A stretch of DNA of 64,000 bases from Candidatus Saccharimonadia bacterium (GCA_041743505.1 JBGTMQ010000003.1:89148-153147); one strand, 5' to 3'. Shown: positions 48,628 through 58,333, numbered from the stretch's first letter. The notes: generated by a model not told the origin, from the sequence alone. Numbers and translations are program-made.

Positions 48628-48785
48628 GCAAAAAACGCGCCTCACTTAGCGCGTCTGGACCCGTGTCACATAGATCACGGGCGGTTCCACCAGACTTCCC
48701 TGTATCAAACTCCAGGGCTCTCATTGGAGCCGGTGTGCGCCACCGGCAGCGGAGCTCGCGGGTCGGTGAATCCCGGTCACAGCTC
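48628..48785 (-). promoter_or_regulatory. T-box riboswitch (Thr specifier ACC) with intrinsic terminator
   Basis: Short Stem I GCTGTGACCGGGATTC-ACC-GACCCGCGAGC; T-box GTCTGGTGGAACCGC pairing with downstream TCCAGAC; terminator ACGCGC..GCGCGT-TTTTT. Confidence 0.8.
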
Positions 48786-48916
48786 TATCGAACTAGGCCA
48801 ATGATACCAAATTTATTTCAAAAATAAAAAAGGGATGAGAAACTGCGGATTCACATCCCAGTTTCTCATCCCTACGAGGCCAAAACCTCATACTGCAAAT
48901 TCTTAGTAACCTTGGG

Positions 48917-49351
48917 TCAAAACCACCCGCGGGGATCAAATGCAGAGCCCCGGGGGTCAAAGAGATCGAACATGGACGGCTCTCTCTTCTTGCGCCGTGC
49001 TGGGGGTCTGTATACGGGAGGTCGCGGACGAACCTTCGCGCCACTTGAGGTATGGATCACTCTCGGTATCTTATCACCACGCAGCGGGAACAAATCCTCC
49101 CGCTCAACAGTCGTCTCTATGATCTCACTGATAGCAGCGAGAAGCGCCTCGGGAGTGATAACAATACTTTGATACCACAGATTAATGCCATAACGCTCAA
49201 TTATGCAATCATCAATACCATCAATTTGCATAATTTTGGCCCGCAATGGCGCCACTTTCAGGCAATGCGCCTCCCCATCAACCACCCCGTTCTCGTCGAT
49301 GATAGCCGTAACAGCGGTGTTGAAACTCAGCTCATACTTCCGCTCAGGCAC
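48917..49351 (-). CDS. hypothetical protein, NifU N-terminal (Nfu_N)-like
   Basis: APL..KIMQIDGI..C.I..Y.I pattern resembles Nfu_N; SD AAGGA. Confidence 0.5.
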   Translation of the reverse strand: MPERKYELSFNTAVTAIIDENGVVDGEAHCLKVAPLRAKIMQIDGIDDCIIERYGINLWYQSIVITPEALLAAISEIIETTVEREDLFPLRGDKIPRVIHTSSGAKVRPRPPVYRPPARRKKREPSMFDLFDPRGSAFDPRGWF

Positions 49352-49762
49352 AGTTCATCCTTTGGGTAGGTCTGGTTGCCAAGTACCTCGCAAAAATCCT
49401 CATTCTACGAGTCGTATATATAATAGTATAAATACATAATAAATCAATGATAAACAATGTATCTACTCACCACACTGAGCAATCAGCTGCCGTTCCGCTT
49501 GACCCATGGTTTAACACCTGGTCAGATGCGGTGTTTCGGTTAGCACCGAGGTCGACGATCTCCCACCAGAGGTGGTTGGGTGAAATCGGAAGCGCCTTTC
49601 GGCATGTATAAATATCCTGCGGCCAGCTTCTGCATTAAACCGTATACGTGGACCTTTTTCTCGCCATACACGTTAAGAGAACCCACCCTTGGATCAATGA
49701 CGCTAGCCAAGTATAATCTTGGCAATCTCACCCCGAGCGCACCTTCAAAAAGGGGGCATAAA

Positions 49763-50878
49763 ATGAGCGAGAATATATCTCGGGCTGAAGTAGCTAGAAT
49801 TCTAGGCCTAGCGCCGAAAGCGATTACTAAGCTAGGCACTGCTGATGTTTTACCCTATGTCTATGACTGGAGAGACAGGCGTACATACCCTAGGTCATTT
49901 GTGAAAGGGCTGGCCACGGCCAACAACGGCCTCCCATTCTCCCGAAACTTTGCCAGGTTGTTCCTGATCGCCTGGCAACGGGACACCGGGGTCATATCGC
50001 GCCAAGAATCGTTGGCCAAAATACGCCGCCTACGACAGGAGCGTGTTGTGCTAACAGATCTGGAAACCGCTCGGTTAGTTGGTTACAATAGCAGCACTAT
50101 CAGTGCCTGGAGAACTCGGGGCTGGGTCCGGAGCGTCAGAATCGGACGTTGGAAGCTAAGCCTGCGGCAAGAGATCGAGCGGCTAAAAGCCCTCCTCGAT
50201 CAACCGACCGAGTACGAAATGGCCTCCATGCTGGGAATCAACCATGACGCTGTGCGCTATCGCATCCGAACCGGCCAGCTCAATGTCGTCGAAACTCCCA
50301 GCGGCAGTCTCAGAGCTGATACGGCAGAGATTCAAGCCTTAGCGGCGCACCAAGCCAAGGTTACTACCAACACCATGTCAGCAAAAGCCGTAGCCGATGT
50401 ACTGGGCGTACCGGTCAATTCCATCTTCTATTGGACCTCAAGAGGCGTGCTCAATCCTACATCAACTTGGCCACGGCGAATTTACCGGACTGACGAGATT
50501 ATGGTAATAGCCCAGCGCTTCCAGACGATCACGCCTGGCTTTGAATGGCTTAGCACTCTCTCGGTAGGATCAGGGCAGCCTGACCAGCTCTGGTGCATGG
50601 GACAAACAGCCGGCCATCTGGAGGTCCCGATCAGCCAGCTCCACAGCTGGAGTAAGCAGGCCCTTGTTCCCTTCTATGTCCGCACACCGGAAGGCCTGGC
50701 CGCCGTTCAGCGGCAATACGTTAAAGCCTACATAGTTGGTCTCAAAGCTCACGCCGGCAGCAACAAGATCACCAAGGCTGTCGTCCAGCGTTACTACTTT
50801 GCTTGCCAAGGCAGAGGATTCATCGTTAGCGCTCGAGGACCACAAGCATATACAACCGGGTTGGCCAAACAAGCATAA
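49763..50878 (+). CDS. tandem five-HTH (MerR/excisionase HTH_17-like) DNA-binding protein
   Basis: Five units of A..LG....I..W...G.L...R; SD AGGGGG before ATG 49763. Confidence 0.75.
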   Translation: MSENISRAEVARILGLAPKAITKLGTADVLPYVYDWRDRRTYPRSFVKGLATANNGLPFSRNFARLFLIAWQRDTGVISRQESLAKIRRLRQERVVLTDLETARLVGYNSSTISAWRTRGWVRSVRIGRWKLSLRQEIERLKALLDQPTEYEMASMLGINHDAVRYRIRTGQLNVVETPSGSLRADTAEIQALAAHQAKVTTNTMSAKAVADVLGVPVNSIFYWTSRGVLNPTSTWPRRIYRTDEIMVIAQRFQTITPGFEWLSTLSVGSGQPDQLWCMGQTAGHLEVPISQLHSWSKQALVPFYVRTPEGLAAVQRQYVKAYIVGLKAHAGSNKITKAVVQRYYFACQGRGFIVSARGPQAYTTGLAKQA

Positions 50879-50932
50879 CTGCGTATAATCCCCACCAATC
50901 TCACGCCAGCGCACCTTCGAAATGAGGCTAAT

Positions 50933-51997
50933 ATGGATGGGTTCCTAAACACACCCCAAACCGCTAGAACCCTAAAGCTATCCAAGTCAGGTATCCGCAA
51001 ACACCACCGGGCCAGCGCCCTACCCTGCACAAAGATAGACGGGCGCATCGCCTATCCACGGTCATTTGTGGACGGATTAGCCGAAGCTACCAACGGCATC
51101 CCGGTCACCCGCGACTTCGTCCTCCTATACAAGCTGGTCTGGGAATACAACACGGGAACCATCTCTCGCCAGCAAACCGAGCAGCAAATCAATGAACTGC
51201 GCCGGCACGGTCAAGTTCTAAATACTAAGGAAGCCGCCAAGCTACTTGGTTATCACAGCAATACGATATCGCTCTGGAGAAACCGAGGCTGGATCAGAAG
51301 CGTCACATTCTGGCGCACCCAGCTATGCGTTCGCAGCGACATCGTCAAGCTAAAGACGCTAGCAGATGGCTTCACGGTATACGAAGCAGCCGCCAGCCTA
51401 GGAGTATGCCCCACTACCGTCCGTAAGCGCGCCAGTAAAGGACAGCTAAGTACTGCCAATCATCTTAACGGCAACATGAGAGCCAACCCCAGAGAAGTTC
51501 TCGCTATTGCCGAGGAACAGGCCAAATTAAAAGCTGCCAGTCTGCCGGCACCAGTCGCAGCTAAGCTGTTGAGCGTGTCCATGCAGAGACTCTTCCGCTG
51601 GAAGGTACTAGGGTCGGTCAGGACCGTGCTCATCGGAGAACGTCCGCAGTATGTAACGGAAGATATTATGGCCCTCGTACAGCACTTCCAGACGATCACA
51701 CCCGGGTTCGAGTGGCTTAGTCCGATTTACACCCAGCCGGCTGGGGCCAAGCAGCTATGGCCAGCCGCAAAAGCCATCAGGTTCTTAGGGGTTGTACAAA
51801 GTCAGTTCAACAACTGGAGCCGGCTTGGTCTGTTGCCGTTCTACGTCCGCACACCTGCCGGCCTGTGTTCAGTTCGGCGGGAGTACGTATCAGCCTACCT
51901 CATCAGCCTCAAGGCCTACGCCGCCGGCCGCAAAATCACCAAGGCCGTGCTTGAGGAGTATTACGCTATCTGCCAGGAAAACCGGCTTGTCGCATAA
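50933..51997 (+). CDS. tandem five-HTH DNA-binding protein, paralog of upstream gene
   Basis: Shares YPRSFV.GLA, FQTITPGFEWLS, PFYVRTP.GL, KITKAV. Confidence 0.8.
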   Translation: MDGFLNTPQTARTLKLSKSGIRKHHRASALPCTKIDGRIAYPRSFVDGLAEATNGIPVTRDFVLLYKLVWEYNTGTISRQQTEQQINELRRHGQVLNTKEAAKLLGYHSNTISLWRNRGWIRSVTFWRTQLCVRSDIVKLKTLADGFTVYEAAASLGVCPTTVRKRASKGQLSTANHLNGNMRANPREVLAIAEEQAKLKAASLPAPVAAKLLSVSMQRLFRWKVLGSVRTVLIGERPQYVTEDIMALVQHFQTITPGFEWLSPIYTQPAGAKQLWPAAKAIRFLGVVQSQFNNWSRLGLLPFYVRTPAGLCSVRREYVSAYLISLKAYAAGRKITKAVLEEYYAICQENRLVA

Positions 51998-52016
51998 CTA
52001 CTCCGCCCCCAACCAA

Positions 52017-52047
52017 ACACCCCGACAATCAACGATTGTCGGGGTGT
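52017..52047. terminator. bidirectional terminator
   Basis: ACACCCCGACAATC-aac-GATTGTCGGGGTGT. Confidence 0.75.
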
Positions 52048-52059
52048 TGTCATAAATTC

Positions 52060-52136
52060 TGGTGGGTCCTAGAGGATTCGAACCTCTGACCTCTTCCACG
52101 TCAAGGAAGCGCTCTAACCAACTGAGCTAAGAACCC
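52060..52136 (-). tRNA. tRNA-Val(GAC)
   Basis: GGGTTCTTAGCTCAGTTGGTTAGAGCG CTTCC-TT GAC GT-GGAAG ... GGTTCGAATCC ... CCCACCA. Confidence 0.95.
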
Positions 52137-52291
52137 ATGTTTACAAGGCAAAACTATAGCGCAAAAGCACCAGTTCAGCAAGCTACCACATCTTATATAT
52201 TTGACAGAATGCATAAGATGTATCAATGTATATTACGTTAAGCTCAGGCTTAACAGCGGAATAAGCTCCGATACACCTCCAGGAGAACCGA

Positions 52292-52453
52292 ATGATTACA
52301 AATGGAGAGAACGGTGAAGAAGAGCCGGTAGACCTCACCGAGGTCCAGGAGACCGACGACCAAGTCGAGCGCGCCCGGCGCTTTCGATCGCAACCTACCG
52401 GCGATCCGCTCATCGATAGTATTCGTGAAATAGGCAAGGACCCCGGGGAATAG
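52292..52453 (+). CDS. small acidic protein (53 aa), absent from ORF track
   Basis: MITNGENGEEEPVDLTEVQETDDQVERARRFRSQPTGDPLIDSIREIGKDPGE*; SD AGGAG; TTGACA upstream. Confidence 0.6.
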   Translation: MITNGENGEEEPVDLTEVQETDDQVERARRFRSQPTGDPLIDSIREIGKDPGE

Positions 52454-52485
52454 TCTATTGCCAACCTGACATTGTACCGACAGAG

Positions 52486-52929
52486 ATGAGTTACGACATG
52501 CACACGCTCACCATCCGTGCCGAAGATCGCCCTGAGCACCCCAGGAAGAAGGCTCAGCTCGCTAAAGCAGAGCGCTCATTCGCACTTGAGATCCTCGAAG
52601 CCTTCCAGGACACCCTCGGCGAAGTCAACGCCTGTATCGGACAATTTACACTCACCATTGTTCGGCACTCCACCCACCTCGGGATCGACTACGTCCTCGA
52701 ATACGGGTTTGGACTCGAGATAGATGGAGCTAAACATCCAATCCAGGTAACCGGCCGTTACGAATTCAAAACGATCGGCAGCGCACACCTCATCGTCCAT
52801 GGTATGCGGCACAACCTCGGTCTGGCGCTCGAACAAGCCGAAGAGGCCAGCCTGGAACAGCACGGCGCCACTCGCCAGTGGAACGAATATTGGCGCCAGC
52901 AACAGGCTGATTCCCAGGCCACCACCTAG
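52486..52929 (+). CDS. hypothetical protein
   Basis: ORF followed by hairpin GGTCCGGCA...TGCCGGACC and T-run. Confidence 0.65.
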   Translation: MSYDMHTLTIRAEDRPEHPRKKAQLAKAERSFALEILEAFQDTLGEVNACIGQFTLTIVRHSTHLGIDYVLEYGFGLEIDGAKHPIQVTGRYEFKTIGSAHLIVHGMRHNLGLALEQAEEASLEQHGATRQWNEYWRQQQADSQATT

Positions 52930-53027
52930 CCCCTTTCGGTCCGGCAAGCAACTACGCCTGCCGGACCTCTCCTTTTCTTTGAGCTCAAAATAAGCTATTA
53001 TCAGCTGGTTCCATACCCTTCAATTGG

Positions 53028-53104
53028 GGGCAATTAGCTCAGTTGGTTAGAGCGCTTGATTCACATTCAAGAGGCCACAGGTTCGAGTCCTGTATTGCCC
53101 ACCA
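53028..53104 (+). tRNA. tRNA-Val(CAC)
   Basis: GGGCAATTAGCTCAGTTGGTTAGAGCG CTTGA-TT CAC AT-TCAAG ... GGTTCGAGTCC ... CCCACCA. Confidence 0.95.
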
Positions 53105-53313
53105 GAGCGGTTTTACTTACCCACCCGTGTAAGCCGGCCCGCTCCGGCCCCTAACAACCATCTCTACCCATTCAACCTGGGCTACTTCTGTTTTTGCTCC
53201 CCATCCAGCAAAACTGTCAGTCTCCCAGATAAAGGTGCTGCTTGCCTCATAAGGCTAAAGCAAAGTAATGTTACAATAGTTGTATAAAGTGCCAGCTTAA
53301 GAGGTTTGAGTTT

Positions 53314-54447
53314 ATGCTCAGTCAGCAAATCGCCGATAAGATACGCGCTAAGGTTAGTGCCCTTGTCAGCCAGCAGCTCCGGGTTCTTGATGCCAACGGT
53401 CAGCGCCTATCCGCCACGCCGGCGCTCGTCTCCGGATCGGTGGATCTCACCAAGACCCCTTGGGCTATTCCCTTCTCCTACGGGGGCAATGTCGTAGGCT
53501 ACGTTGTCCTGGAGCACGAAATGCCCAACCACGCCGAAATCGCCCCACTCATCCGCAGCATTGCCGAGCTAGTCATGCACCAAAGTCTCGTGCTCGAGCA
53601 AATCCCCCGCCAGGACGAGCGCCTCGACAAGTTCATCTACGACCTACTCAATCAGCCCCAACCCGATTGGCCGCTATTAGCCGCCGAGGCCCGCCTGTTC
53701 GACATCGAGCTGGAGCGTCCGCGCATCGCTATCGTCATCCAGATTGACGACCCCACGCTGGTATCGCGCTACCGGGACCCCAGCAATGATCGCGAAATCC
53801 GCCTGACACGCTACAAGTTCGGCATCAACCGGGCCCTGGACTCGTTCTACACTTCCAGCCGCGAGAATATCGTTAGCTATCTGGGCGGCACCTCGTTCTG
53901 CATCCTCAAAGACCTCCTCACCGATGACGGCGCCGAGTTGGCTACCGGCTTGGACAATTTCAAAAAGAGCCTCAACGCCATTTACGGCATCCTCAAAAGC
54001 GAGCTCAAGCTACCCAGCACCGTTGGTGTCGGTAACTACCACCCGGGCCTCGAGGGCCTGCGCCAAAGTTACCACGAAGCTGTTTCGGCCATCGAGCTGG
54101 GTGCCCAAACCTGGGATCAGGACCGTATTTACCACATCGATGACTTCGGCGTCGTCGCCCCGCTCCTGTCCGGCGTCGATGAGTCCAACATCTACTTCAG
54201 CCGCGAGCTTCTGGAGCGATTGGGCGAAAACCGCGAAATCATTCAAACACTCGAGGCCTTTTTCGCCTTCGACATGAGCTTAACCCGCACCGCCGAACGT
54301 CTTAGCATTCACCGCAACACCCTGGTATACCGCCTCGACCGCATCACCGAAACTCTTGGCCTCGACCCGCGCGTCTTCGACGACGCCGTCCAGATCAAGC
54401 TAGCAATCCTATACAACCGCTTCGTGGAGCCATCCCGTGCTGCTTAA
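53314..54447 (+). CDS. CdaR/PucR family transcriptional regulator
   Basis: AQ/QQIA.KI N-terminus, VGVG, L.QSY.EA..A, TAERLSIHRNTL.YRL. Confidence 0.88.
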   Translation: MLSQQIADKIRAKVSALVSQQLRVLDANGQRLSATPALVSGSVDLTKTPWAIPFSYGGNVVGYVVLEHEMPNHAEIAPLIRSIAELVMHQSLVLEQIPRQDERLDKFIYDLLNQPQPDWPLLAAEARLFDIELERPRIAIVIQIDDPTLVSRYRDPSNDREIRLTRYKFGINRALDSFYTSSRENIVSYLGGTSFCILKDLLTDDGAELATGLDNFKKSLNAIYGILKSELKLPSTVGVGNYHPGLEGLRQSYHEAVSAIELGAQTWDQDRIYHIDDFGVVAPLLSGVDESNIYFSRELLERLGENREIIQTLEAFFAFDMSLTRTAERLSIHRNTLVYRLDRITETLGLDPRVFDDAVQIKLAILYNRFVEPSRAA

Positions 54448-55621
54448 CGCCACGCTAGCCAAACAGATTGTAGATAAAGCGCACTCAATTCTTAAGCGCG
54501 ACATCCTCCTCACCGACCTGGCCGGACAATTGCTCGCCAGCAACACCGGCCTGCAACGCGTCTTTGTACCCGAAGCACTCTCCACCGCTCAAACCGGTCA
54601 CGCCACCACCGCCGAGTTCCATGACCGCCGAACCAAATGGTGGCCGTTCGTGTACGAAGACCAGACCATCGCCGTCTTCGGCCTCCCGCTTGATTCCGGC
54701 CCCATCACCCAGGAAGCCATGACACTACTGCAAGGCCTGGCCGAGGTTATCGTGTACCAGCATTTCCTGCTCGACAAAATCCAGTCAGCCGAGCGCGTCC
54801 GCTCCGACTTCATCCACGAAGCGCTCACCGCCCCCTCAGTCAACGTCGACGCCATCTACCGCCAGTCCGACATATTGCAGCTCAACCTCCGCACACCCCA
54901 AGCCGTTATCCTGATTCATCTGAACGGGCTTGAAGAACAAGTCCGGGCCGGACACGCCAACCTGTCGGCCGAAGAACAGCAACTGCAGCTCGACATGGTA
55001 ACCGAAAAAATCTCCGCTCACGTCCGCGACGGCTTCCCCGGCTCCGGAGATAACCTTGTAGCCTATCTAGGCAACGATCTATTTGTCCTGCTCAAGGGTA
55101 TTGGCGGCGAAAGTCTTACCACCTTCAACACCATCCGCTTCCTCAGCGAGAAGGCCGACTACGTCAACGACCTCCTGCACAAACTGGAGCTCCCCCACAC
55201 CATCACCATTGGTGTCGGTCAGTACTATCCGGATCTGCGAGGTCTGCGCAAAAGCTTTCAAGACGCCAAGCTGGCACTAGATGTCGGTAGCAAAGTCTGG
55301 GGCACCGGCCGTGTCTACCACATCAAGCGCGTCGGCATGTTCATCACGCTAGCCAATACCAGCCAGGACCGCAAAGCCGAGTTAGCCCACCAAATACTGT
55401 CTCCCCTCCTGCGCGATGAGCAGCTCTACAAAACCGTCCAAGCCTTTTTGGCCAGCGGCCTCAATCTGACCGAAGCCGCCGAAAAGCTTCACATTCACCG
55501 CAACACGCTCATTTACCGCCTCGATAAAACCAAGAAGCTCATAAGTCTTGACCCCCGCCATTTCGACGACGCCCTGCAAATAAAGCTTGGGTTCATGTTT
55601 TACCAAGAAGAACTCAGTTAA
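54437..55621 (+). CDS. CdaR/PucR family transcriptional regulator
   Basis: LAKQIVD, IGVG, SF.DA..AL, AAEKLHIHRNTLIYRL. Confidence 0.88.
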   Translation: MLLNATLAKQIVDKAHSILKRDILLTDLAGQLLASNTGLQRVFVPEALSTAQTGHATTAEFHDRRTKWWPFVYEDQTIAVFGLPLDSGPITQEAMTLLQGLAEVIVYQHFLLDKIQSAERVRSDFIHEALTAPSVNVDAIYRQSDILQLNLRTPQAVILIHLNGLEEQVRAGHANLSAEEQQLQLDMVTEKISAHVRDGFPGSGDNLVAYLGNDLFVLLKGIGGESLTTFNTIRFLSEKADYVNDLLHKLELPHTITIGVGQYYPDLRGLRKSFQDAKLALDVGSKVWGTGRVYHIKRVGMFITLANTSQDRKAELAHQILSPLLRDEQLYKTVQAFLASGLNLTEAAEKLHIHRNTLIYRLDKTKKLISLDPRHFDDALQIKLGFMFYQEELS

Positions 55622-55799
55622 CATGCCTATCTGGAGCTTAGGTGGCATTTATTCCAAAACAGCTCAGCAGGTTACGGACAATATTTGGGGGAATGGGGTT
55701 TTGACATGGCTGTTGGACGCCGTTATATTTACACTCGTGTTTCAACGATTAAGCACTACTCCCACCTAAATTGAGGGTAAATCATTTGAGAGGTTGTGG

Positions 55800-56057
55800 A
55801 TGACAAATGAAAGCAACTTAGAAGATTACGAGATCTTCTACATGGAAATCCCCCGCCGGACTGAGACTGATCCTTTGAACGACATCAGTACCGATATCCT
55901 GGACGAACACGAGACCATCGACTACAACGAGTTTCAAGGTCTCAGTGACGAGCAAGTTTCAGAAATAGCCCGGGACTCACTTGGAGACGTTGGTGAGCCA
56001 ACACCAAGCATTCAAGAAGAAGCAAAATTACACGCTCTAGATAACGAAACGAGCTAG
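55800..56057 (+). CDS. small highly acidic protein
   Basis: GAGG SD, D/E-rich; terminator AAACCCGC...GCGGGTTTTTT follows. Confidence 0.6.
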   Translation: MTNESNLEDYEIFYMEIPRRTETDPLNDISTDILDEHETIDYNEFQGLSDEQVSEIARDSLGDVGEPTPSIQEEAKLHALDNETS

Positions 56058-56092
56058 GCCAAACCCGCTTTTACCAGCGGGTTTTTTGGGGC

Positions 56093-56121
56093 TTGACTGT
56101 TCGGTATTAGTTCGGTATATT
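56093..56121 (+). promoter_or_regulatory. sigma70 promoter with TTCGG-N6-TTCGG operator in the spacer
   Basis: TTGACT-g-TTCGGtattagTTCGG-TATATT (17-bp spacer). Confidence 0.75.
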
Positions 56122-56205
56122 ACCTGCATGAGGTGAGAACATTACACATTTAAGGTAGTCGTCTCGCAGTTTTAGATTAGGTCTGCGAGCGAAAGGAGTA
56201 ACATT

Positions 56206-56619
56206 ATGGCGGAATCCGTCGAACAATTACGTATTTACAAATCAGCCCGCGGGCTGGAGGACCAGGTTTACGAGCTGGTTAAGACCTTCCCCGCCGACCA
56301 GTTCTATGGCCTGGGCAATGACCTGCGCCGCTCAAGCGCAGCTGTCTCCCACTACATCATGGAGACCCATCGGCTCTTTAGCTACCGTCTCAAGCTAGAT
56401 GCCCTAGCCGGCGCCCGCCGGGAAGCCGAAGTCACTCAGAAGCACTTAGAAGCCGCCAAGGACCTTGGTGCTAGCGTTGATCTCATCAACGAGTACGTCG
56501 GGATCATCAAACAGTCCTGGGGTCTCACCAAGTGGCTCAAGACCAAGCTAGAAGAGCGCCAGGAAAAGGCCGAGGTTGCCGCCAAAGAAGAAATGGCCGG
56601 CATGACCGCCACAGCCTAG
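56206..56619 (+). CDS. four helix bundle protein (23S rRNA-IVP/Avd-like family)
   Basis: EQLRIYK.A..L...VY.L.K.FP....YGL...LRRS..AV...I.E. Confidence 0.85.
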   Translation: MAESVEQLRIYKSARGLEDQVYELVKTFPADQFYGLGNDLRRSSAAVSHYIMETHRLFSYRLKLDALAGARREAEVTQKHLEAAKDLGASVDLINEYVGIIKQSWGLTKWLKTKLEERQEKAEVAAKEEMAGMTATA

Positions 56620-56645
56620 GTCATATTACCCAAAATTCAAAGCGA

Positions 56646-56674
56646 CAAGAGGCCAGGTCCTACCTGGCCTCTTG
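56646..56674. terminator. hairpin between convergent genes
   Basis: CAAGAGGCCAGG-tccta-CCTGGCCTCTTG. Confidence 0.7.
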
Positions 56675-56748
56675 CGGTCGCGAGTGGCACCAAAGAAGAG
56701 CTCCCCCCGTTCGCTTCACAAGCGTGTAAATAACCCGAAGCAACAGAG

Positions 56749-58050
56749 CTAATTAAAATACCTTATTGTCCCAAACGGAATCTTATCCTTCATCGGGTTC
56801 TTGGACTTCAAAATAGCCACCGGCTGAAGCGTCAGTTCGCCATACTTGTCATTAACCAGGTTCATAGCATGCTCAATCCGGTCCAAGCGGACATCCTCAC
56901 TGTCATAGAGAGCCAACTGCTCAGTCTTAGCGGGCTCAAGCGCGTACGAAGTAATAACAAGTGTCGCTAGCGTTAAGCCCTCTGGGCTACGCCCAAACAG
57001 GTCAAGAGCCCGCCAATACAGCTGATCGGCCCGACGAACGGCGGTTTTGTACATCTTACGCTCGAACCAGCCGTAGTGTGACCCATAGCGCGATCCGTAG
57101 CGCGGCTGATAATGCCCCGGTTCGCTCTCCTGCGGACTTTCAACGTAGCTAAAATTAAGCATAAGACCTCGAGCCACCAGGTTGTTTTTTCGAAGACGCC
57201 GGGCCACCTTAGCACAGGCCTTGTACAAAAGCGTTGATATCTCCTCGGGATCCGAAGTACGGTGCTCCAACACGTAGTTACGCCCCACTGTACGAATACC
57301 ATACTCCACCTCCGTCTCGTAACCCCGCAGCTTCAAATACCAGTGGTGGCCGTTAATACTTTTATATACTTGCTTGGTCAGGACATGTTCCGGCGCTTGC
57401 AAAAACTCCAGCGGTGTATATATGCCCGCATCCGCCAAACGCACCCGCATTTTATTCTTGATATACGGCAACTCAGTCAACCGCATAAAGCCATAGGTAG
57501 CCTCTAGGTTATCAGGACCTATAACGTAAAGGCCGTCGGGCTTCATAAACCCAGCCGCCACCTTTGCCAGCCAGCGGTTTTGACCAATGCCGACATTAAC
57601 AGTCATGTAGTCTCCAACCTCATCACGAACCCGCTGCTTAACCTCATAGCCGATATCTTCCAGACTCCGTCCCTTCAACAAACCCCGCATACCCGTAAAA
57701 TCGATGATCCCTTCGTCGATACTTTTCATATAAGCCGTCGGCGAATAGCTCTGGAAGATGGCTTTCATCTGGTTATGAACGTACTGGTACTTGGGCGCGT
57801 CACTTTCGAGCATCACAAAGTTCGGCGCCAGCTGGCGCGCCTCCCGCAGCCGCGTCCCCAGGTTTATACCCAGCCGCTTAGCCTCATACGACGCGGTCAG
57901 ACAAATTGCATAATCATTAATCCGGTTGGTAACGCCCACCGGCTTGCCGCGCAATAGCGAATTGGCCTGCTGCTCCGTCATGGCAAAGGCCGAGTTAAGG
58001 TCAATGTGCATGATCTCGGGCGAAGCCGGGTTAATTCGCAACTCAACCAT
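56749..58050 (-). CDS. dinB: Y-family DNA polymerase (DinB/Pol IV-like)
   Basis: MHIDLNSAFA..EQ, ASYEAK..G, SIDEG, GIG.N..LAKVA...KPDG; catalytic acids intact. Confidence 0.9.
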   Translation of the reverse strand: MVELRINPASPEIMHIDLNSAFAMTEQQANSLLRGKPVGVTNRINDYAICLTASYEAKRLGINLGTRLREARQLAPNFVMLESDAPKYQYVHNQMKAIFQSYSPTAYMKSIDEGIIDFTGMRGLLKGRSLEDIGYEVKQRVRDEVGDYMTVNVGIGQNRWLAKVAAGFMKPDGLYVIGPDNLEATYGFMRLTELPYIKNKMRVRLADAGIYTPLEFLQAPEHVLTKQVYKSINGHHWYLKLRGYETEVEYGIRTVGRNYVLEHRTSDPEEISTLLYKACAKVARRLRKNNLVARGLMLNFSYVESPQESEPGHYQPRYGSRYGSHYGWFERKMYKTAVRRADQLYWRALDLFGRSPEGLTLATLVITSYALEPAKTEQLALYDSEDVRLDRIEHAMNLVNDKYGELTLQPVAILKSKNPMKDKIPFGTIRYFN

Positions 58051-58303
58051 AAAAGACCTCCTTGAGTGTCCACTCAAGCGAATCCGGATCAAGCTCCACC
58101 CGGAATTTGGTATCATCACAGGTAAATTCAAAGATATGCACCCGCTTCACCCCCCGCCGCGCCGGATGGTAAAGACCCATGGTAGCAAGCTTATACCGCT
58201 TCCCTCTCCAGCCCATTGCATGCGGAGTAATCCGAACGGTGCGCTGCGGAGTCATCACGAATGATGCCACCACGTTCACCTTTTCGTTGAATTCCTCACT
58301 CAT
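58043..58303 (-). CDS. small DUF6504/ImuB-C-terminal-like protein
   Basis: P..M.WRG.RY.L, F.....F.VE.D...LEW.L; overlaps dinB start; family from recalled pattern. Confidence 0.65.
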   Translation of the reverse strand: MSEEFNEKVNVVASFVMTPQRTVRITPHAMGWRGKRYKLATMGLYHPARRGVKRVHIFEFTCDDTKFRVELDPDSLEWTLKEVFYG

Positions 58304-58333
58304 CCTCGGCCCCTTTCTAAAGATGAGTTTATA

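Noticed and set aside
49440-49760. Possible ncRNA or N-terminal extension upstream of the poly-HTH genes
   Set aside because: No convincing nested structure or motif; paralog alignment and SD support a start at 49763
56206-56619. Diversity-generating retroelement because of the Avd-like gene
   Set aside because: No reverse transcriptase and no TR/VR pair differing at adenines seen in the window
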